A stretch of DNA of 64,000 nt from the NCBI GenBank assembly GCA_963821255.1, contig CAWGCX010000006.1, positions 94,343-158,342 on the forward strand. Reading direction: 5' to 3'. The notes below the pieces were generated by a model that had not been told where the DNA came from, searched no databases, and saw only the letters and a list, made by a program, of their open reading frames with translations. This document shows positions 59,228 through 64,000 of this stretch, one piece after another (position 1 is the first letter of the stretch; every line of letters starts with the position of its first letter). A program made the translations under genes and the position numbers. The DNA comes from an uncultured Alphaproteobacteria bacterium (lineage in GTDB: Bacteria > Pseudomonadota > Alphaproteobacteria > Rhizobiales > Methyloligellaceae).

Positions 59228-59700
59228 ATGCGCAAAGCCTTGTCGCTGCCTGGCCTGCTCCTCGTCTTTCCCATCCTTTCTTGGCCGGTGCTTGCCGAGA
59301 CCGCTGCTCCGGTTGCGCAGCAAACGTCTGACGAGACGGCGATCGAGCTCGCCTTCTGGACACGGTCAAGGACACCAAGGATTCGGCGATACTCCAGACC
59401 TATCTCAACCGCTATCCGAACGGCGCCTTCGCCGGATTGGCGCGCGTCATGATGGAGCGCCTCGTCAAGGATCAGGAGACGAAGCAGCCCGCGTCTGTGC
59501 CTGCGCCGTCGACCGCTTCCACCTTCTATGGTCGCGCTCGGTCAGGCCTATGCCAACGGACGCGGCATCGCCAAGAACGATGCCGAGCGCCTCGCTGGCT
59601 CAGGAAGGCCGCCCAAATGGGCAATGCCGCTGCCTCGGCAAGTTCGGCGCGACAACTTTTGCGGCCATCGACGCCCTCGCTAAACCGAACCAGCCGCGGC
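59228..59700 (+). pseudogene. Decayed Sel1-repeat-type secreted protein remnant (several frame changes, truncated)
   Basis: Signal MRKALSLPGLLLVFPILSWPVLA...ELAFW, then in other frames TVKDTKDSAILQTYLNRYPNGAFAGLARVMMERL, ALGQAYANGRGIAKNDAE and WLRKAAQMGNAAA. Confidence 0.6.
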
Positions 59701-59714
59701 TAATATGCCGCCCG

Positions 59715-60458
59715 ATGCGACTGACCATTATCGGCTGCGGGGACGCATTCGGCGCCGGGGGACGGCTCCAGACTTCGTTCCATGTCCGCACAGGCTCCTC
59801 GAGCGTCCTGATCGATTGCGGAACCTCGACGCTGATCGGCATGCGCAGGCTCGGGCTCGATCCGGCGGAGATCGACGCCGTGTTCGTGAGCCATCTGCAC
59901 GGCGACCATTTCGGGGGCCTACCTTGGCTGTTGATCGACGCCGAGTTCGTGATCAAGCGGACGCGGCCGTTGCTGGTTTTTGGCCCGCGCGGCATCGAGG
60001 CCCGCTTCCGCACCCTGGCCGAGGCGGTCTATCCCGCAGTCACGACGGGCGAGGGGACGTTCCAGTTCACCTTCGTCGAATATGAGGAGCGCGCGCCGGT
60101 CGAGATCGCAGGCATCAGCGTCACCCCGTTCGAGGTGCATCATCCGTCAGGCGCGCCGCCTTACGCGCTGCGCTTTGCGCTGGAAGGGAAGGTGGTCGCG
60201 TTCACCGGCGACACCGGCTGGGTCGATGCGCTCTATGACGTGGCGCGCGGCAACGACCTCTTCATCACGGAGTGCTTCCAATACGACGTCGTGATGCCGA
60301 TCCATCTCGACTACCAGACGATCGACGCCAATTACGCGAAGCTCGGTGCAAAGCGCGTGCTGCTTACCCATATGAGTGAGGCGATGCTGGAGAAGATGGG
60401 GCTGGTCGACGGCTCGCGCTATCTGATCGCCCATGACGGAATGACGCTCGATCTATGA
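59715..60458 (+). CDS. MBL-fold metallo-hydrolase
   Basis: MRLTIIGCGDAFG...VLIDCG...FVSHLHGDHFGGLPWLL...FTGDTG...LTHMS. Confidence 0.85.
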   Translation: MRLTIIGCGDAFGAGGRLQTSFHVRTGSSSVLIDCGTSTLIGMRRLGLDPAEIDAVFVSHLHGDHFGGLPWLLIDAEFVIKRTRPLLVFGPRGIEARFRTLAEAVYPAVTTGEGTFQFTFVEYEERAPVEIAGISVTPFEVHHPSGAPPYALRFALEGKVVAFTGDTGWVDALYDVARGNDLFITECFQYDVVMPIHLDYQTIDANYAKLGAKRVLLTHMSEAMLEKMGLVDGSRYLIAHDGMTLDL

Positions 60459-61078
60459 CACCGACCGCAGCCGAGCTCGCACGTGTGCTCGGCGCCATCC
60501 GCGCTTGCCGCCATTGCGTCGAGGTGCCGCAAGGCAAGCCCCTGCCGCACGAGCCACGTCCCGTGCTGCGGGCGAGCGCAACGGCGCGGCTCGCGGTGTG
60601 CAGCCAGGCGCCCGGAACGCGCGTGCATCTTTCGGGCACGCCCTTCACCGACCGCTCGGGCGACCGCTTGCGCGATTGGATGGGCGTCACGCCGGATGAG
60701 TTCTACGACGAGGCGCGCGTTGCCATCGTACCGATGGGCTTCTGCTTCCCGGGCCAGGACGAGAAGGGCGGAGACCTGCCGCCGCGGCGCGAGTGCGCGA
60801 GCCTCTGGCACCGCAGACTGTTCGCGGCGCTGTCGCAAGTTGAGCTCGTGCTCGCGGTCGGCTCCTATGCGCAGAATTTCCATCTCGGTGATGCGGCGGG
60901 CGCCACGCTGCAAGAGACGATGCTCGACTGGCGGCGTCATCTCCGGCGCAAGGCGCGAGTGCGCGTCCTGCCGCTGCCGCATCCCTCCTGGCGCAATAAT
61001 GCGTGGCTCACGAAGAATCCTTGGTTCGAGGCGGAGCTGCTGCCCGTGCTACGGCGCGAGGTGCGGAAGCTGCTCTAG
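60455..61078 (+). CDS. Uracil-DNA glycosylase superfamily protein
   Basis: CRHC...LAVCSQAPGTRVH.SGTPF.DRSGDRLR.WMG...LPLPHPSWRN. ATGA overlap with the MBL gene. Confidence 0.8.
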   Translation: MTPTAAELARVLGAIRACRHCVEVPQGKPLPHEPRPVLRASATARLAVCSQAPGTRVHLSGTPFTDRSGDRLRDWMGVTPDEFYDEARVAIVPMGFCFPGQDEKGGDLPPRRECASLWHRRLFAALSQVELVLAVGSYAQNFHLGDAAGATLQETMLDWRRHLRRKARVRVLPLPHPSWRNNAWLTKNPWFEAELLPVLRREVRKLL

Positions 61079-61445
61079 ATTTGCGCGCCGCAGAGCGGTG
61101 CCGATTGAGCCGCGCGCCGCGATGCGCCGCAGCGCGAGTGTCGAATCGCCCGGGATAAGATCTTTCAGGCTGGCTCACATGTGAGCGCGCACAAAAGTCC
61201 GCCGCGCCCGCGATCGCCCAAACAAACACGGCGATGACACAGCCATGCGCGCACAAGGGCGGTCAGACCAAAGCCGAAAGCGCCAAAAAACAGACACGGA
61301 CCCCTTTGCCCACCCATAAAGCGGGGCTGCAAATTTGCCCTTGCAGCGTGCAACAAAATAATCTACTAACTTGATAGAGTTTATGGTGATTGCAAAAGGA
61401 ATCCTGGCCTTGCTCGATCCGCGGAAAAATATCATCAAGACTGCC

Positions 61446-61925
61446 ATGCTCGACCGGATGGACCGCAAAATTCTCGAGATCCTGCAAAAGGATTGCACCT
61501 TGCCGGTAGCCGAAATCGGCAAGCAGATCGGGCTCTCTACCACGCCCTGCTGGCGCCGCATCCAGAAGCTCGAGGAATCGGGCGTGATCCAGCGCCGCGT
61601 CGCCGTGCTCGACCCGAAAAAGGTCAATGTCGGCGTGACGGTGTTCGTCTCCATCACCACGAGCCACCACACCCAGGAATGGCTCGACCGCTTCCACGAG
61701 GCGCTCAAGGACTTCCCCGAAGTCGTCGAGTTCTACCGCATGAGCGGGCAGGTTGATTACCTGCTGCGCGTGGTCGTGCCCGACATCGAGCGCTACGACG
61801 CCTTCTACAAGAAGCTCATCGCGAAGATCGAATTGTCGGACGTGAGCTCGGCCTTCGCGATGGAGCAGATCAAATACACGACCGCTCTGCCGCTCGACTA
61901 CGCGGCGGAAGAGCGCCGGACTTAA
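61446..61925 (+). CDS. Lrp/AsnC-family transcriptional regulator
   Basis: MLDRMDRKILEILQKDCTLPVAEIGKQIGLSTTPCWRRIQKLEESGVI...VEFYRMSGQVDYLLRVVVPD. Confidence 0.9.
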   Translation: MLDRMDRKILEILQKDCTLPVAEIGKQIGLSTTPCWRRIQKLEESGVIQRRVAVLDPKKVNVGVTVFVSITTSHHTQEWLDRFHEALKDFPEVVEFYRMSGQVDYLLRVVVPDIERYDAFYKKLIAKIELSDVSSAFAMEQIKYTTALPLDYAAEERRT

Positions 61926-61950
61926 CGCCTCCACTCCTTCCAAGACTTGG

Positions 61951-61982
61951 CCCCTGATCTTTACGGATCAGGGGACTTTTTT
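61951..61982 (+). terminator. Rho-independent terminator (possibly bidirectional) between the Lrp-family gene and the dehydrogenase gene
   Basis: Stem cccctgatc / gatcagggg with a short loop, followed by actttttt. Confidence 0.7.
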
Positions 61983-62853
61983 ACTTGCGTTCAAGCCGGG
62001 CGATGAGGCTCGACGTGTCGAAGCGCCCGCCACCCATCTCCTGGATTTCGGCGTAGAACTGATCGACCAGCGCCGCTACGGGCAGGCTCGCGCCGTTCTT
62101 GCGCGCCTCGGCGAAGCAGATGGCGAGGTCCTTGCGCATCCAGTCGACGGCAAAGCCGTGGTCGAACTTGCCGTCGATCATGGTGCGCCAGCGATTATCC
62201 ATCTGCCAGGACTGCGCGGCGCCCTTGGAGATCGTGTCGATGACCTTCTCGATGTCGAGCCGGGCGCGCGCGGCGAAGTGCAGCCCCTCGGCAAGACCCT
62301 CGACCAGGCCCGCGACGCAGATCTGATTGACCATCTTGGTGAGCTGGCCGGAGCCTGCTGGCCCGATCAGGTTGACGGCGCGGGCGTAAGACTCGATTGC
62401 CGATTTGGCCTTGGTGAAATCCTTATCCTCCCCACCCACCATGATTGTTAGTGTGCCGTTCTCCGCGCCCGACTGGCCGCCCGACACCGGCGCATCGAGC
62501 GCGCCAGCGCCGCGCGCTTTGGCCGCCGCGTGCAGCTCGCGGGCGATGGTTGCGGAGGCGGTGGTGTGATCGACGAACACGGCGCCAGGCGCGAGCGAAG
62601 CGAACGTTCCCTCGGGCCCGAGCGTCATGCTGCGCAGATCGTCGTCATTGCCGACGCAGGTGAAGACGAGGTCGGCGCCATGCGCTGCCTCGGCAGGAGC
62701 AGCCGCTAACGTGCCGCCAAATTGCGCGACCCAAGCTTCGGCCTTGGCGCGCGTGCGGTTGTAGACCACCACCTCGTGGCCTCCGCGCGTTTTGAGATGG
62801 CCGGCCATGGGGAAGCCCATGACGCCGAGCCCGATCCATGCGGCTTTGATCAT
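61981..62853 (-). CDS. NAD(P)-dependent 3-hydroxyisobutyrate dehydrogenase-family oxidoreductase
   Basis: N-terminal Rossmann motif WIGLGVMGFPMAGHL, DAPVSGG and a KMVNQ... helix domain. Confidence 0.9.
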   Translation of the reverse strand: MIKAAWIGLGVMGFPMAGHLKTRGGHEVVVYNRTRAKAEAWVAQFGGTLAAAPAEAAHGADLVFTCVGNDDDLRSMTLGPEGTFASLAPGAVFVDHTTASATIARELHAAAKARGAGALDAPVSGGQSGAENGTLTIMVGGEDKDFTKAKSAIESYARAVNLIGPAGSGQLTKMVNQICVAGLVEGLAEGLHFAARARLDIEKVIDTISKGAAQSWQMDNRWRTMIDGKFDHGFAVDWMRKDLAICFAEARKNGASLPVAALVDQFYAEIQEMGGGRFDTSSLIARLERK

Positions 62854-62870
62854 GCCGCAATCTCACCGGC

Positions 62871-62905
62871 TCGTCATTCCGGCGCAAGCCGGAATCCATG
62901 CACGC
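62871..62905. repeat. Family A-related single-arm repeat
   Basis: cgtcattccggcgcaagccggaatccatgcacg. Confidence 0.6.
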
Positions 62906-62919
62906 GGTAAGCCGTGGGG

Positions 62920-63666
62920 TTACGCGCCGAGGCGGTAGCGACCGATCAGACGCATCGACGAGCGACGGCCCGCGTCGCCGAACAGCGACAGGCCGTCGAC
63001 CGCGACGCCCTCCGCGCAAATCTCCTCGAGCACGGGCCAGAGCGCCTGCGTGACGCGCTCAAGATGCGCGGCATCGAGCGGGCCTGCGAGCGTTATGGTG
63101 AAGCGGTAGCCGCTGCTGCCTTGCTTCGGCGCGAAGCTCTGCAGCAACTGGCGTTGATAGTCGCTGAGATGCAGGCCGGCGCAGGTGTCGCGACCGTCCT
63201 CCGCCGCAGGCTCGGCGAAATCGTCAAAGGCGCCGTCGCATTCCGCCGCGAGCCATTCGAACGCAGACGTAGGCTCGATCGGCCTGAGCACGAGGAACCG
63301 GCCCGAGCGGGCTAGCGTCAGCGGCCCAGTCGCGATAGGCTTGAGGCGTGAGGCGAAATTGGCAAGCCGCGTGCGCAGCGCGTCAGGTCCAAAGCCCTCG
63401 CGCAGCGCGAACGGCGCCTTGAACAGGGCATGCAGCCCGGTGTAGCGGCCGGGCGCCGCCGGGATCCTGGCGAAGCTTGCCCCTGACAGCCCAGCCTCGG
63501 AAAAGGCCTGCAAGGTCACGCCGTCATTGGCGCGCCCGAACCAGGAGCGGCCGAACGACGCAAGTGCCGTGCCCGGCTGCGGCGTGTAGTAGACGGCGTA
63601 GCGGGCGAGGCTCGCCTTGACGGAGGCGCCCTTCCGTTGCGGTTCGAGATAGGCACAGTTGAGCAT
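62920..63666 (-). CDS. DUF1045 (2H phosphoesterase-like, phosphonate-associated) family protein
   Basis: GGGAGGA lies ahead of the ATG at 63666. ARYAVYYTP...GRSWFGR...YTGLHALFKAPFAL...FRFTITLAGPL. Confidence 0.65.
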   Translation of the reverse strand: MLNCAYLEPQRKGASVKASLARYAVYYTPQPGTALASFGRSWFGRANDGVTLQAFSEAGLSGASFARIPAAPGRYTGLHALFKAPFALREGFGPDALRTRLANFASRLKPIATGPLTLARSGRFLVLRPIEPTSAFEWLAAECDGAFDDFAEPAAEDGRDTCAGLHLSDYQRQLLQSFAPKQGSSGYRFTITLAGPLDAAHLERVTQALWPVLEEICAEGVAVDGLSLFGDAGRRSSMRLIGRYRLGA

Positions 63667-63906
63667 CGAATCCTCCCACAGCGCGCGCAGTGAAACGGCG
63701 GCGCCTAAGCGTGAATGGCTAGCAAGTCCGTGTGGCACCCCCGCGACAGGTTCTTGTCCATAGGGCGGCCGAGGAATGAACACTTGGTGAATCGATTCCT
63801 TCCGCATGTGCGAAAGAATCGCGCGTGCGCTGCACCAGCTTTTTGACAGCGCGCGCATTCGCAGGCATTTCGTTTGCCGCACTGCGACAAAAGGGCCCGA
63901 GGGACC

Positions 63907-64000
63907 ATGATCGACCTCTACACATGGACCACGCCGAACGGACAGAAGGTCTCGATCATGCTGGAGGAGGTCGGGCTGCCCTATAGGCTCCACCCGATCA
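63907..64000 (+). CDS. Glutathione S-transferase family protein (YfcG-like N-terminus); the 3' end lies outside the window
   Basis: MIDLYTWTTPNGQKVSIMLEEVGLPYRLHPI closely resembles the YfcG/GST N-terminal thioredoxin-fold start. Confidence 0.7.
   Translation, partial: MIDLYTWTTPNGQKVSIMLEEVGLPYRLHPI

Overview
This is a 64-kb, high-GC chromosomal segment. It looks like a free-living alphaproteobacterium of the order Hyphomicrobiales/Rhizobiales. That placement is an inference from gene content: MucR/Ros, a cycHJKL-type ccmI-E-F-H cluster followed by degP and a two-component pair, a Bradyrhizobium-type ndvC/ndvB glucan locus, DUF1491/DUF5330/DUF1214/DUF1254 genes, GTA-like remnants and palindromic intergenic repeats.

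Most of the window is ordinary core genome:
- ABC-F ATPase, Fe-SOD, MsrB, MucR, SufE
- class A PBP
- two OmpR/HK pairs and three orphan PAS histidine kinases
- cytochrome c maturation genes, DegP, GlnE, PepN
- CDF transporter, PMM/PGM, DusA, P1B copper ATPase
- Lrp-type regulator and an HIBADH-like dehydrogenase

Reading by eye I found no rRNA, tRNA, CRISPR array, IS element, transposase or integrase.

Points worth a second look:
1. At least a dozen reading-frame disruptions sit in about nine loci. Single frameshifts hit two housekeeping genes (ccmF, pepN). Multiple disruptions hit accessory genes: a TIR-transmembrane gene beside dusA, a second retropepsin-like copy, a Sel1-like gene, and GTA-like terminase/portal/gp10 remnants.
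2. A small signal-peptide ORF ends in a (Thr-Arg)6 tail. It lies directly upstream of a disrupted PqqD-like (RiPP-recognition-element type) gene, beside the copper ATPase.
3. A decayed GTA/prophage head-tail remnant keeps an intact DUF3168 gene.
4. A family of about 35-95 bp palindromic repeats occurs at seven or more intergenic sites.
5. A roughly 190-bp AT-rich island lies in a divergent promoter region.

All family assignments come from motif recognition by eye. No database search was possible.
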